Shown: positions 36,881-45,464 of the stretch, one piece after another
Layout of the letters: every line of letters begins with the position of its first letter
Position numbering within the stretch: position 1 is the stretch's first letter
DNA from: an uncultured Chloroflexia bacterium
GTDB lineage: Bacteria > Chloroflexota > Chloroflexia > QHBQ01 > JADMIH01
Direction: 5' to 3'
DNA length: 64,000 nt
Assembly: GCA_963797095.1 (NCBI GenBank)
Contig: CAWCNY010000008.1
Span: forward strand, 111,431 to 175,430
The notes under the pieces: generated by a model
The model's database searches: none
Seen by the model: the letters and a program-made list of their open reading frames with translations, nothing else
Told to the model about the DNA's origin: nothing
Position numbers and translations under genes: made by a program

Positions 36881-36933
36881 GTTGGGGATATCCCCCAATG
36901 ACCCCGGCAGGCAGTTCCGCCTGCATCCCCTAC
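36881..36933 (-). repeat. GTAG-initiated double-hairpin REP/MITE-like element between pcaI and pcaJ
   Basis: Minus strand reads GTAGGGGATGCAGGCGGAACTGCCTGCCGGGGTCATTGGGGGATATCCCCCAAC. Stems are GCAGGC/GCCTGC and TTGGGG(G)/CCCCAA; the TAG of GTAG is the pcaI stop. Confidence 0.55.
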
Positions 36934-37736
36934 GCAAGCACGTGCTCTTTTATCCAAAGCAGGAAGGTTTCGCGCTCTTTGGCTATGGCGTCCCAGGCGG
37001 TGTAGAAGGCGTTGTCGCGGCCATAGTAGCCGTGGGCGTAGGATGGGCGAGCGCCGCCGGGGGTTTCGGCTATGGCGGTTACGGTCCAGTTGGGGAGAAT
37101 GGTGGAGTTGAGGCTGGGGGGACGCAGGTCGTCTACTATCTCTTCTACTGTTACTATGGCTTGCCTGGATGCAAGCACTACTTCTTTCTGGACGCCGGTT
37201 ATGCCTTCGATGAGGACGTTGCCTGTGCGGTCGGCGCGTTGCGCGTGGACGATTGCCAGGTCGGGGCGGAGGGCGGGTACGGCGGCCAACTGCTCGCCTG
37301 TGAAGGGGCAAGTGATAGAGCGGATGTTGGAGTTGACGGTTGCGAGGTCGGTGCCGGTGTAGGCGCGCAGGACCGCGCAAGGCAGCCCGGCGGCTCCTGC
37401 TGCGTAGGCAGAGGCCATGGCGGCGTGGCTATGCTCCTCGATCTCCAGGGGGCGGGGCCAGCCGCGTTCGACGGCGTCGCGCAGGCGGTGGAGGGAGCCA
37501 ACGCCGGGGTTACCTCCCCAGGAGAAGATCACCTTGCGAACGCAGCCCATCCCTATCATCTGGTCGTAGATGAGGTCGGGTGTCATGCGCATAAGGACCA
37601 GGTCGCGTTTGCCCTGGCGTATGATCTCGTGCCCGGCGGCGAACGGGATCAGGTGTGTGAAGCCCTCCAGTGCGAGCGTCATGCCATCTTGAACGTAGGT
37701 GGCGATCGCTTCACTCAGGGATAGGAAAGATGTCAT
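36930..37736 (-). CDS. pcaI: 3-oxoadipate CoA-transferase subunit A (CatI/GctA type)
   Basis: ALEGFTHLIPFAAGHEIIRQ, MTPDLIYDQMIG and FSWGGNPGVGSLHR motifs. Confidence 0.9.
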   Translation of the reverse strand: MTSFLSLSEAIATYVQDGMTLALEGFTHLIPFAAGHEIIRQGKRDLVLMRMTPDLIYDQMIGMGCVRKVIFSWGGNPGVGSLHRLRDAVERGWPRPLEIEEHSHAAMASAYAAGAAGLPCAVLRAYTGTDLATVNSNIRSITCPFTGEQLAAVPALRPDLAIVHAQRADRTGNVLIEGITGVQKEVVLASRQAIVTVEEIVDDLRPPSLNSTILPNWTVTAIAETPGGARPSYAHGYYGRDNAFYTAWDAIAKERETFLLWIKEHVLA

Positions 37737-37749
37737 CGGCCCGGCTCCA

Positions 37750-38334
37750 TCACAGGTTGAAGAAGACCGTTTCACCTGCCCCTTGTAGCACCACGTCGAA
37801 GCGGTAGCTGGCAACCCCATCGCGCTCGACGGGCTGCGCGAGCAGGGTTGCCCTGCGCTCGGCAGGCACACACATCAGTACGGGGTCGTTTGCGTTGGCT
37901 GGGTCGTCGGCGAAGTAGAGGCGGGTGTAGAGGTGATTCAGGAGGCCACGAGCAAAGACGGCCACGCAGATGTGGGGGGCTTGCATCTGCTGCGCGTCGT
38001 AGGGCACAGCGCCAGGCTTGATCGTCTCGAATAGGTATGCACCTTCGTCGTTCGTGCCGCAACGCCCGAAGCCTGTGAAGGTCGGATCTAGGGGGAGGTC
38101 CCGGTTGTCGGTGGAGTGGTTATAGCGGCCTGACGCATTAGCCTGCCAGATCTCAAGCATGGCATCCGGCACGGGTTGGCCGTCGCCATCGTACACGTAC
38201 CCCTCGATGTTGATGCGAGTGCCTTCGGTGGCGGGCGCGACCAGCACGTTGGCACACTGCCTATCGTCGCGCAGCAGACAAGGCTCGAAGAAGGGGCCGA
38301 CGGTTTGGGAGGGGGTGAGTGCGAAAGTGTTCAT
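37750..38334 (-). CDS. pcaG: Protocatechuate 3,4-dioxygenase alpha subunit
   Basis: TPSQTVGPFF, EIWQANASGRY, QAPHI..FARGLL and GETVFF motifs. Confidence 0.95.
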   Translation of the reverse strand: MNTFALTPSQTVGPFFEPCLLRDDRQCANVLVAPATEGTRINIEGYVYDGDGQPVPDAMLEIWQANASGRYNHSTDNRDLPLDPTFTGFGRCGTNDEGAYLFETIKPGAVPYDAQQMQAPHICVAVFARGLLNHLYTRLYFADDPANANDPVLMCVPAERRATLLAQPVERDGVASYRFDVVLQGAGETVFFNL

Positions 38335-38335
38335 A

Positions 38336-39064
38336 TCAGTGGGTATCCCTCGGCGGCTCGAACGGGGTGGCTTCGGGGCCGCCCAGCACGATGTTCCAAC
38401 TCCAGCCAAGTGCCCACTCAGGCTCGGTAATATCATGGCGATATTTGGCGATCAGCCTTTGTCTGGCTGCTTCTGTCGGCACAGAGTTGAAAATGGGGTC
38501 GTACGGGAAAAGAGTATCGCCCTCAAAGTACATCTGAGTTATCAGGCGGGATGTCCAGGTTCTGCCGAAGAATGAGAAGTGGATGTGGGCCGGTCGCCAG
38601 GCGTTGGGGTGGTTCTTCCATGGATAAGCGCCGGGCTTGATGGTGAGGAACCGGTAGACTCCTTCCGAGTCGGTCAGGCAGCGCCCGATGCCGAGGAAGT
38701 TGGGATCGAGGGGGCCAGGCCACCGGTCATTGCGGTGGATGTAGCGCCCGCAGGCATTGGCCTGCCATACCTCTATGAGAGTGTGAGGCACGGGCGCGCC
38801 GTGCTCGTCCAGTACCCGACCCGTGACGATAATGCGCTGGCCGATGGCCTCGCCGCCTGTGCCTGCGTTGCGTGTTAGGTCGGCATCTTCCGGCGTGGTC
38901 GCACCCATTATTGGCCCAGGCCCGGTCAACTCCGAAATCGTGAGGGGCACATCAACTAGCGGCATCGTGGGGGCGCGCTTGATGGTCGAGCGGTAGGCGT
39001 CGTAGAGAAAAGGCGGGAAAATCTCTCGGTCGCCTCGTATGATTTCTCCTATGGTTGTTATCAT
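38336..39064 (-). CDS. pcaH: Protocatechuate 3,4-dioxygenase beta subunit
   Basis: WQANACGRYIH and PGAYPWKNHPNAWRPAHIHFS (Fe ligands); GGAGG RBS. Confidence 0.95.
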   Translation of the reverse strand: MITTIGEIIRGDREIFPPFLYDAYRSTIKRAPTMPLVDVPLTISELTGPGPIMGATTPEDADLTRNAGTGGEAIGQRIIVTGRVLDEHGAPVPHTLIEVWQANACGRYIHRNDRWPGPLDPNFLGIGRCLTDSEGVYRFLTIKPGAYPWKNHPNAWRPAHIHFSFFGRTWTSRLITQMYFEGDTLFPYDPIFNSVPTEAARQRLIAKYRHDITEPEWALGWSWNIVLGGPEATPFEPPRDTH

Positions 39065-39111
39065 CGGTGTTCCTCCTGTGACGAGAGCAACTTGTGGTCC
39101 GGCGCTTGCCA

Positions 39112-39495
39112 TCACTCATCATCGGTCGCGGACGTTAGCTCCTTTTTGGCGATAGCGAAAGCTGTGTTGGCGGCGGGGATGCCGGCGTAAACGGCCACGT
39201 GGAGCAGCGCCTCAGCTATCTCATCGGGCGTCGCGCCTGTATTGCGGGTGGCGTGCAGGTGCAGCGCCAACTCTTCAGTGCGCCCAAGCGCAGCCAGCAC
39301 AGCGATTGTGATCAGGCTGCGCGTTCGCGGGTCGAGGCCGGGCCGCGCCCACACCGATCCCCAGGCTGTCTCTGTGATGAAACGCTGGAAATCGGCGTCC
39401 AACTCCGTTATGCCCGCCTCCGCCCTGTCTACGTGCGCATCGCCTAACACCGCCCTGCGAACACGCATTCCTTTGTCGTAGCTCGATTCTTCCAA
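39112..39495 (-). CDS. pcaC: 4-carboxymuconolactone decarboxylase
   Basis: GMRVRRAVLGDAHVDR, FQRFITETAWGSVWARPGL and YAGIPAAN motifs. Confidence 0.93.
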   Translation of the reverse strand: MEESSYDKGMRVRRAVLGDAHVDRAEAGITELDADFQRFITETAWGSVWARPGLDPRTRSLITIAVLAALGRTEELALHLHATRNTGATPDEIAEALLHVAVYAGIPAANTAFAIAKKELTSATDDE

Positions 39496-39509
39496 CTAGA
39501 TTGCCCTTC

Positions 39510-40685
39510 CTAGACCCGTTCCAGGCCGACGTAGTTCTCGGCGAGGCTTGTGGCGGCTGGCTGCGATGTGCAGACGTATCTCAGTTGAGACAGTTGTAGT
39601 TGCTGCTGGAACCCGCCATCATCGTCGTAAAAGCGGTGCAGCATGGAGGTCATGTACCACGAAAAGTGCTCGGCCCGCCAGACGCGGCGCAGACAAATCT
39701 TCGAGTATGACTCCAGTTTCTGAGTGTGGCCCTGCTCGTACCAATCAACGAGAGCATCGGCAAGCACGCGCACGTCGGCGACGGCGAGATTCAGCCCTTT
39801 GGCCCCGGTGGGTGGCACCAGGTGGGCTGCGTCGCCCGCCAGGTAGAGCCGCCCGTATTGTATCGGGTCGTACACAAAGCTACGCATAGTGGTGATGCTC
39901 TTTTCGAGGACCTCGCCTTCCTGAAAAGTCCAGCCGTTTATCTCCAGGCGCTCGTGTAGCTCGTGCCAGATAAGCTCGTCGGGCCATTGCTCAATTTCGT
40001 CGTCGGGGGAGCACTGAATATATAGGCGGCTCAACTGGGGTGAGCGCATACTGTAGAGGGCGAAGCCGCGCTCGTGGTAGGCGTAGATTAGTTCGTGGGT
40101 AGCGGGCGGCGCGGCGGCGAGGATGCCTAACCAGGCGAAAGGGTAGACTTTCTGGTAGCACCGCAACGCTTCTTCGGGCACGCTTGGGCGACATGGGCCG
40201 TGGAAGCCATCGCACCCCGCGATGAAATCGGCGTGTAGCTCCTCCTCTTTACCCTGGTACTGGAAGCGGACGTAAGGGTGGTCGGTGTCTATATTGTGGA
40301 GGCTGACGGCCTCGGCCTCGAACAGGATTTGCCCGCCGGCTGCCAACCGCGCCGCAATCAGGTCTTTTACTACTTCTTGCTGCCCGTAGACGGTAATGGC
40401 GCGCCCGCCGGTGAGTTCGCTCAAAGGGATGCGGTGGCGCTCACCCCCGAACTGGAGGTTGATCCCGTGGTGCACTAACCCCTCGCGGGTCATGCGCTCG
40501 CCAACCCCTGTTGAATTGAGCAGATCAACCGTGGTCTGCTCCAGCACTCCCGCTCTCAAGCGATGCTCTACATATATGCGATCATGCCGCTCCAGCACGA
40601 CCAACTCGATGCCATGCAGGTGCAGTAAATGGGAGAGCACCAGCCCCGCCGGACCCGCGCCCACGATAGCTACCTGTGTACGCAT
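39510..40685 (-). CDS. pobA: 4-hydroxybenzoate 3-monooxygenase
   Basis: MRTQVAIVGAGPAG, RAGVLEQ, GCDGFHG, GDAAHLVPPTGAKGLN and AENYVG motifs. Confidence 0.95.
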   Translation of the reverse strand: MRTQVAIVGAGPAGLVLSHLLHLHGIELVVLERHDRIYVEHRLRAGVLEQTTVDLLNSTGVGERMTREGLVHHGINLQFGGERHRIPLSELTGGRAITVYGQQEVVKDLIAARLAAGGQILFEAEAVSLHNIDTDHPYVRFQYQGKEEELHADFIAGCDGFHGPCRPSVPEEALRCYQKVYPFAWLGILAAAPPATHELIYAYHERGFALYSMRSPQLSRLYIQCSPDDEIEQWPDELIWHELHERLEINGWTFQEGEVLEKSITTMRSFVYDPIQYGRLYLAGDAAHLVPPTGAKGLNLAVADVRVLADALVDWYEQGHTQKLESYSKICLRRVWRAEHFSWYMTSMLHRFYDDDGGFQQQLQLSQLRYVCTSQPAATSLAENYVGLERV

Positions 40686-40702
40686 CGTACTCACCTCTTT
40701 CG

Positions 40703-41803
40703 TTAGTTTTCTCCCCAAACCTCGCGTGCCACATCGGCTACCAGCTTTAGCTTGGCCTCCTCGTCGGAGGGGGTGAGGAGGTTGCCCGCCTCGGTGGAGG
40801 CAAAGCCGCATTGGGGGCTTATGGCTAGCCTCTCCAGCGGTATATATGTGGATGCTTCCTCGATGCGGCGCTTAAGTTCTTCTTTGTTCTCCAGAGCTGG
40901 TTTCTTGGTTGTGACCAGGCCAAGCACTATGGTCCTATCTCCTGGAACGTGGCGTAACGGCTCAAAGCCGCCGGATCGTTCGTCGTCGTATTCCAGCAGG
41001 AAGCGCCCGAACTTTGTACGCTCGAACACCGAGGCGATTGGTTCGTAATCTCCACTCGCGTAGAACTTGCTCTGGTTGTTGCCCCGGCAGAGGTGCACCC
41101 CGAAGGTGATCTCAGGATTGCCCAGGTAGTCACTGATAACGGCATTATCCATCTCGATACAGCGGTCGAGGAGGCGATCGGGGTCGGTGCCACGCTTGCG
41201 GTAGCCCTCGCGGATCGAGGCGTCGAGTAAGCCCGCGTACTGTGGTGCATCCAGTTGGATATAGGTACAACCGAGATGGATCAACTCGGCAATTTCGCCA
41301 CGCAAGATGTCTACAACGTCGGCCAGATAAGCGTCAATTGTAGAGTAAGCCCCCTTTGATTTCTCCGCGTCGTAGTACGCCGCGGCCTGTTGTGCGTTGA
41401 TAAGAGTGACCTTTATGGGTTTGTCGGTTCTTGCGCGCACATACGCGAACTCCTCGGTGCTCATGGGCCGTATTCGCTTGAGCCGAGAAACCACCACAGG
41501 CCGCTTGAGCACAAGTTCGTTGCCCTGCTCGTCTCGGAAGGGGATGGCCCAGCCGCCATATTTGTCGAAGCCCTCAACCGCGTCGATAAAGTGCCCGTAG
41601 AAGGCGTAGCGGCGCATCTCGCCATCTGTAATTACGTCCATGCCTGCCTCTAGTTGCAGGTCAACCGCCTCGTTTACGGCCCGGTCTTCAACGCGTTTGA
41701 AGGCGGCGTCGCTGAGCGTGCCCGCCTCATGTTCTTTGCGGGCCTCCTTCAAGTAGTCAGGCCGGAGCAGGCTCCCGATCACGTCGTTATGATAATTAGG
41801 CAT
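40703..41803 (-). CDS. Cobalamin-independent methionine synthase II-family protein (single-barrel MetE-like Zn enzyme)
   Basis: VIGSLLRP, TDGEMRR, YIQLDAP, HLCRGN, FLLEYDD and SPQCGFAST motifs; only 366 aa, with no N-terminal folate-binding barrel. Confidence 0.88.
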   Translation of the reverse strand: MPNYHNDVIGSLLRPDYLKEARKEHEAGTLSDAAFKRVEDRAVNEAVDLQLEAGMDVITDGEMRRYAFYGHFIDAVEGFDKYGGWAIPFRDEQGNELVLKRPVVVSRLKRIRPMSTEEFAYVRARTDKPIKVTLINAQQAAAYYDAEKSKGAYSTIDAYLADVVDILRGEIAELIHLGCTYIQLDAPQYAGLLDASIREGYRKRGTDPDRLLDRCIEMDNAVISDYLGNPEITFGVHLCRGNNQSKFYASGDYEPIASVFERTKFGRFLLEYDDERSGGFEPLRHVPGDRTIVLGLVTTKKPALENKEELKRRIEEASTYIPLERLAISPQCGFASTEAGNLLTPSDEEAKLKLVADVAREVWGEN

Positions 41804-41889
41804 AATTGCACTCCTTTCTTAGTGCTACCACTCTTTGTACAGCTTATATTCATGGATGGAGTCAGGGGACACCCCTGGTACTCACTCCA

Positions 41890-42900
41890 CTATTTGCTTT
41901 TGGCCAGGCGTGCGCGCCACCACCGCTGCAATCGCGTCCACGCCTCCACCAACCCGCCAGGGAACACAAGCACTACTATAATGAACAATATGCCGAAGAT
42001 GATCTGGTAGCTTTCTTGCAGGCTCAGCGAGAGTTGCTGCTGTACCACGATAAAGAAGATCGCGCCGATTATTGGCCCAACAATCGTACCCAAGCCGCCG
42101 ATGTAGGCGATGAGCAGGGCATCGAAGGTCCATGATGCGCCGAATGGAGCGGCAGGGTAGTAGCTGGCTTGCTGGTATGCAAAAACGCCACCCGCCAGCC
42201 CCGCAAGTAAGCTGGACAGGCCAAGAGCGAGCAGTTTGTGTGCCAGTATACTTACCCCGGTGGCGCGGGCCGCCTCCTCGTCTTCTCGCACCGCCTCCAG
42301 GCCAAGCCCCAGCGCCGAGTAGCGCAAGGCAGCCGCTATTCCGGTGGTTGCCAGGGCCACCCCCAGCGCGAGGTAGTAGCGCGAGTCAAGGTTGTAGTTG
42401 GCGATCTCAGGGCCGGGCAGCGACGTGATCAGGGGAAACTGCCGAGCCACCGTAATGCGCAATACCTCTGCGACACCCAGCGTTCCGATAGCGAAGTAGG
42501 CCCCACGCAGGCGAAAAGTCGGAACGCCGATCACAAGCGCGAAGGCGGCGGAAGCCAAACCACCCAGGAGCAGGGCAAGGAAGAAGGGCACCCCGCCCAA
42601 CCAGAGCGGGCGAGTGACAAGCGCTCCAATGCCAAAGAACGCCGCGTGTCCCAGGCTGGTTTGTCCTGCGAAGCCGGCCAGGATATTCCAACTCTGGGCC
42701 AGAGTTATGAACAGGCAAACCTGAAAGAGAAGGTTGAGGATATCATCACGAGTAACGAACCGTGGCACGAGGGCCGCGACGACCACTAACGCCAGAATTA
42801 GCAGACCTAACACCAGGCGACGCATGGCGGAGGGCGCTGGCAGCACTGCTGTCCTTTGCACATCGCTGTTTGTCGTTTGTCGCTCGGTAGTCTGGCTCAC
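41890..42900 (-). CDS. Branched-chain/aromatic-acid ABC transporter permease (LivM-like)
   Basis: SWNILAGFAGQTSLGHAAFFGIGA, RLRGAYFAIGTL and AVREDEEAA motifs. Confidence 0.92.
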   Translation of the reverse strand: MSQTTERQTTNSDVQRTAVLPAPSAMRRLVLGLLILALVVVAALVPRFVTRDDILNLLFQVCLFITLAQSWNILAGFAGQTSLGHAAFFGIGALVTRPLWLGGVPFFLALLLGGLASAAFALVIGVPTFRLRGAYFAIGTLGVAEVLRITVARQFPLITSLPGPEIANYNLDSRYYLALGVALATTGIAAALRYSALGLGLEAVREDEEAARATGVSILAHKLLALGLSSLLAGLAGGVFAYQQASYYPAAPFGASWTFDALLIAYIGGLGTIVGPIIGAIFFIVVQQQLSLSLQESYQIIFGILFIIVVLVFPGGLVEAWTRLQRWWRARLAKSK

Positions 42901-42907
42901 GATTATC

Positions 42908-43780
42908 CTATTCCCTCCCGAAAAGTCCGCCGGGCCTGAGCACCAGCACCAGCAGGAACATCACCAACCCCACGATTTCTCGGTAGCTGGAGCCGAGCAG
43001 GGTGCCGCTTAGCGCCTCCACAAGTCCAAGCAACAGCCCGGCAGGAAACACCCCGATGATACTTCCTGTGCCAGCGAGGACGATAACTACGAGGGCCTTG
43101 AGGGTCCAGGTCAGGCCGATATCAGGCTCGATCCCGTAGCCGACGACAACCAGGCTGCCAGCCACACCGGCCAGCGCCGCGCCGATCCCGAGGGTGTACA
43201 TGTAGGTACGCTGAACATCGACCCCGGCCAGGGCCGCGCTCTCGTTGTTCTCAGAGACGGCCCGGATCGCTTTGCCGGGGTAGGTGCGGTGAAGGAACTG
43301 GTGCAGAGCTACTATCGCGATCAGCGCCACTGCGAAACTGAGTAAGCGTGTGTATGGAAAAGCTATGCCGAACAGGTTAAGGCCGTTGCCGGAGTAGCTT
43401 AGTTGCACCGAACGCTGATCCGCTGTGAAGAAGACCTGCGCCGAGTTCTGAAGGATGAGCGTTAAGCCGAAGCTGACTAACAGTGAGTTCTTGAGCTTGG
43501 CCTCTCCATGAAGATGCACGAGGAACCTGAAGAGAACACGGTCAAGCACAATACCGAACAAGAAAAGAAGGGGTATGCACACCAGCAGCGAGATGAACGG
43601 ATCGAGGCCCACCAATACGAACAGCCAGAAAGTAACATAGCCGCCAAGCATCAGTAGCTCGCCGTGTGCGACGTTGAGCATCTTCAGCACACCGAACACA
43701 AGGGCCAGCCCCGCGGCGGCAACGCCGTAGATGCTGCCGACAAATAATCCGAAGACTAGATTTTGTACGAGGGTTTGCAA
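42908..43780 (-). CDS. Branched-chain/aromatic-acid ABC transporter permease (LivH-like)
   Basis: GLALVFGVLKMLNVAHGEL and GKAIRAVSEN..AALAGV motifs. Start is TTG 43780 or 43834 (uncertain). Confidence 0.9.
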   Translation of the reverse strand: MQTLVQNLVFGLFVGSIYGVAAAGLALVFGVLKMLNVAHGELLMLGGYVTFWLFVLVGLDPFISLLVCIPLLFLFGIVLDRVLFRFLVHLHGEAKLKNSLLVSFGLTLILQNSAQVFFTADQRSVQLSYSGNGLNLFGIAFPYTRLLSFAVALIAIVALHQFLHRTYPGKAIRAVSENNESAALAGVDVQRTYMYTLGIGAALAGVAGSLVVVGYGIEPDIGLTWTLKALVVIVLAGTGSIIGVFPAGLLLGLVEALSGTLLGSSYREIVGLVMFLLVLVLRPGGLFGRE

Positions 43781-43786
43781 TGTCCG

Positions 43787-43853
43787 TTCCGAGTTCCGAG
43801 TTCCGAGCTTCTGATTGCGTAGAGCAGATAACAACCAGGAACCAGGAGCCAGG
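43787..43853. repeat. Two short heptamer runs (TTCCGAG x3; AACCAGG/AGCCAGG x3)
   Basis: Read directly between the LivF-like and LivH-like genes. Confidence 0.8.
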
Positions 43854-43859
43854 ACACTT

Positions 43860-44573
43860 TTACGGGGTGTAACCGAGATATGCCTCTTGCACTGTATTGT
43901 CGTGTAAAAGGGCTTTGCCTGTGCCGGAGTCTGCGACGTGGCCTTGTTCTATTATGTAGGCGCGGTCGGCCAACTCTAGAGCGGCGCGGGCGTTCTGCTC
44001 TACCAGCAGCACCGTTACGCCCTGCTGGTTGATGGCGCTCACGATCTCAAAGATGTGCTGGACGAGGAGAGGTGCCAGTCCGAGCGATGGCTCATCGAGC
44101 ATCAACAGGCGTGGAAGTGCCATCATCGCCCTTCCGATCGCGAGCATTTGCTGTTCGCCACCGCTCATCGTTTGTGCGCGCTGGGTCCTCCTGTCGGCCA
44201 GAACCGGAAAAGTTTCAAAGACTCGACTGAGGGTTTGTGTGCGCTGCTGCCTGGCTCCGGGGGTGAACGCACCCATCTCCAGATTCTCTAAGACAGACAT
44301 TCCACCGAACAGCCTACGACCTTCGGGGACCAGCACGATGCCGCGCTGAACGATTTCGTGAGGCCGCAGGATATGAAGCGGTTTACCTTCGAAACTGATG
44401 CTGCCCGACAACGGAGATTGCAGTCCTGAGATCGCTCGCATTAGGGTGGTTTTGCCTGCCCCATTTGACCCGATCAGCACTACGATCTCACCGGTATCAA
44501 CGGCGAGAGAGATGTCCCAGAGAACCTGGACATCGCCGTACGCGACTGCAAGATTCGTAACCTCAAGCAGCAT
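43860..44573 (-). CDS. ABC transporter ATP-binding protein (LivF-like)
   Basis: GSNGAGKTT, MSGGEQQML, LMLDEPSLGLAP and VEQN motifs. Confidence 0.94.
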   Translation of the reverse strand: MLLEVTNLAVAYGDVQVLWDISLAVDTGEIVVLIGSNGAGKTTLMRAISGLQSPLSGSISFEGKPLHILRPHEIVQRGIVLVPEGRRLFGGMSVLENLEMGAFTPGARQQRTQTLSRVFETFPVLADRRTQRAQTMSGGEQQMLAIGRAMMALPRLLMLDEPSLGLAPLLVQHIFEIVSAINQQGVTVLLVEQNARAALELADRAYIIEQGHVADSGTGKALLHDNTVQEAYLGYTP

Positions 44574-45297
44574 GGGCTGTTCCCAGGTATGCATCGATCA
44601 CTCGCTGGTCGTTGGCAACCCCGGCGGGTGTGCCTTCGGCGATGCGCTCTCCGGCGTTCATCACTGCCACGCGATCGGATAGGTCGAAGATCGCTTTGAC
44701 AACATGCTCCACGATGATCACGGTAATCCCGGAATCACGAAGCTCGCGAATCAGGTCCATTGCCTGGAGCACTTCGGTCGGGTTGAGACCCGCCAGTAGC
44801 TGATCCAGCAGCAACAGGGTTGGGCGCGTCGCCAGGGCGCGGGCCAATTCAAGGCGTTTGCGATCTACCAATGTAAGATGCTTGGCGTATTCATAGGCGC
44901 GTCCCGCTAACCCTACGCGCTGAAGTAAATCGAGCGCCTGGACCTCGGCCCGGCGGCGATTCCACACAGCATCGCGTCCGTAGACCCTGCCCACGGCCAC
45001 GTTTGCCAGCACAGTCAGGTCCTGGAACGGTCGCACCAATTGAAAGCTACGTGCGATACCAAGTTTGCACCGCCGGTGCGCGCCGAGGCGGGTTACGTCG
45101 GTGCCATCAAACAGGATTCGCCCGGACGATGGCCGAATGGAGCCTGCGATCATGTTGAAAAGCGTTGTTTTGCCGGCTCCATTCGGCCCAATCAGGCCCA
45201 GGATTTCGCCTCGCTGAACGCTCAGCGAGACGCCATTTACTGCCATTAGCCCACCAAAGGATTTGTAGATGTGATCTAGTTGAAGAAGCTGCGACAT
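44563..45297 (-). CDS. ABC transporter ATP-binding protein (LivG-like) with Walker B DQ
   Basis: GPNGAGKTT, RSFQ, KRLELARAL, LLLLDQLLAGLN and VEH motifs. Confidence 0.9.
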   Translation of the reverse strand: MSQLLQLDHIYKSFGGLMAVNGVSLSVQRGEILGLIGPNGAGKTTLFNMIAGSIRPSSGRILFDGTDVTRLGAHRRCKLGIARSFQLVRPFQDLTVLANVAVGRVYGRDAVWNRRRAEVQALDLLQRVGLAGRAYEYAKHLTLVDRKRLELARALATRPTLLLLDQLLAGLNPTEVLQAMDLIRELRDSGITVIIVEHVVKAIFDLSDRVAVMNAGERIAEGTPAGVANDQRVIDAYLGTAHAA

Positions 45298-45305
45298 GGT
45301 TGGAT

Positions 45306-45418
45306 GACGAGTGACGAGTGACGAGTGACGAGTGACGAGTGACGAGTACAGAGTTCCCAACTCCGACTACCGACTACCGACTACCGACTACCGACTACCG
45401 ACTACCGACTACCGACTG
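45306..45418. repeat. Adjacent heptamer arrays GACGAGT x6 (45306-45347) and CCGACTA x~8 (45363-45418)
   Basis: Read directly. Confidence 0.95.
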
Positions 45419-45464
45419 CCCGGTAGTTTAGTATTCACGGCTCGATTACGCAAGCCATACCGGT

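Noticed and set aside
36846-37724. Long antisense ORFs such as 36846..37724(+), 51999..52991(-), 54018..55130(+) and 24177..25022(-)
   Set aside because: They are shadows of well-supported genes on the opposite strand in GC-rich DNA.
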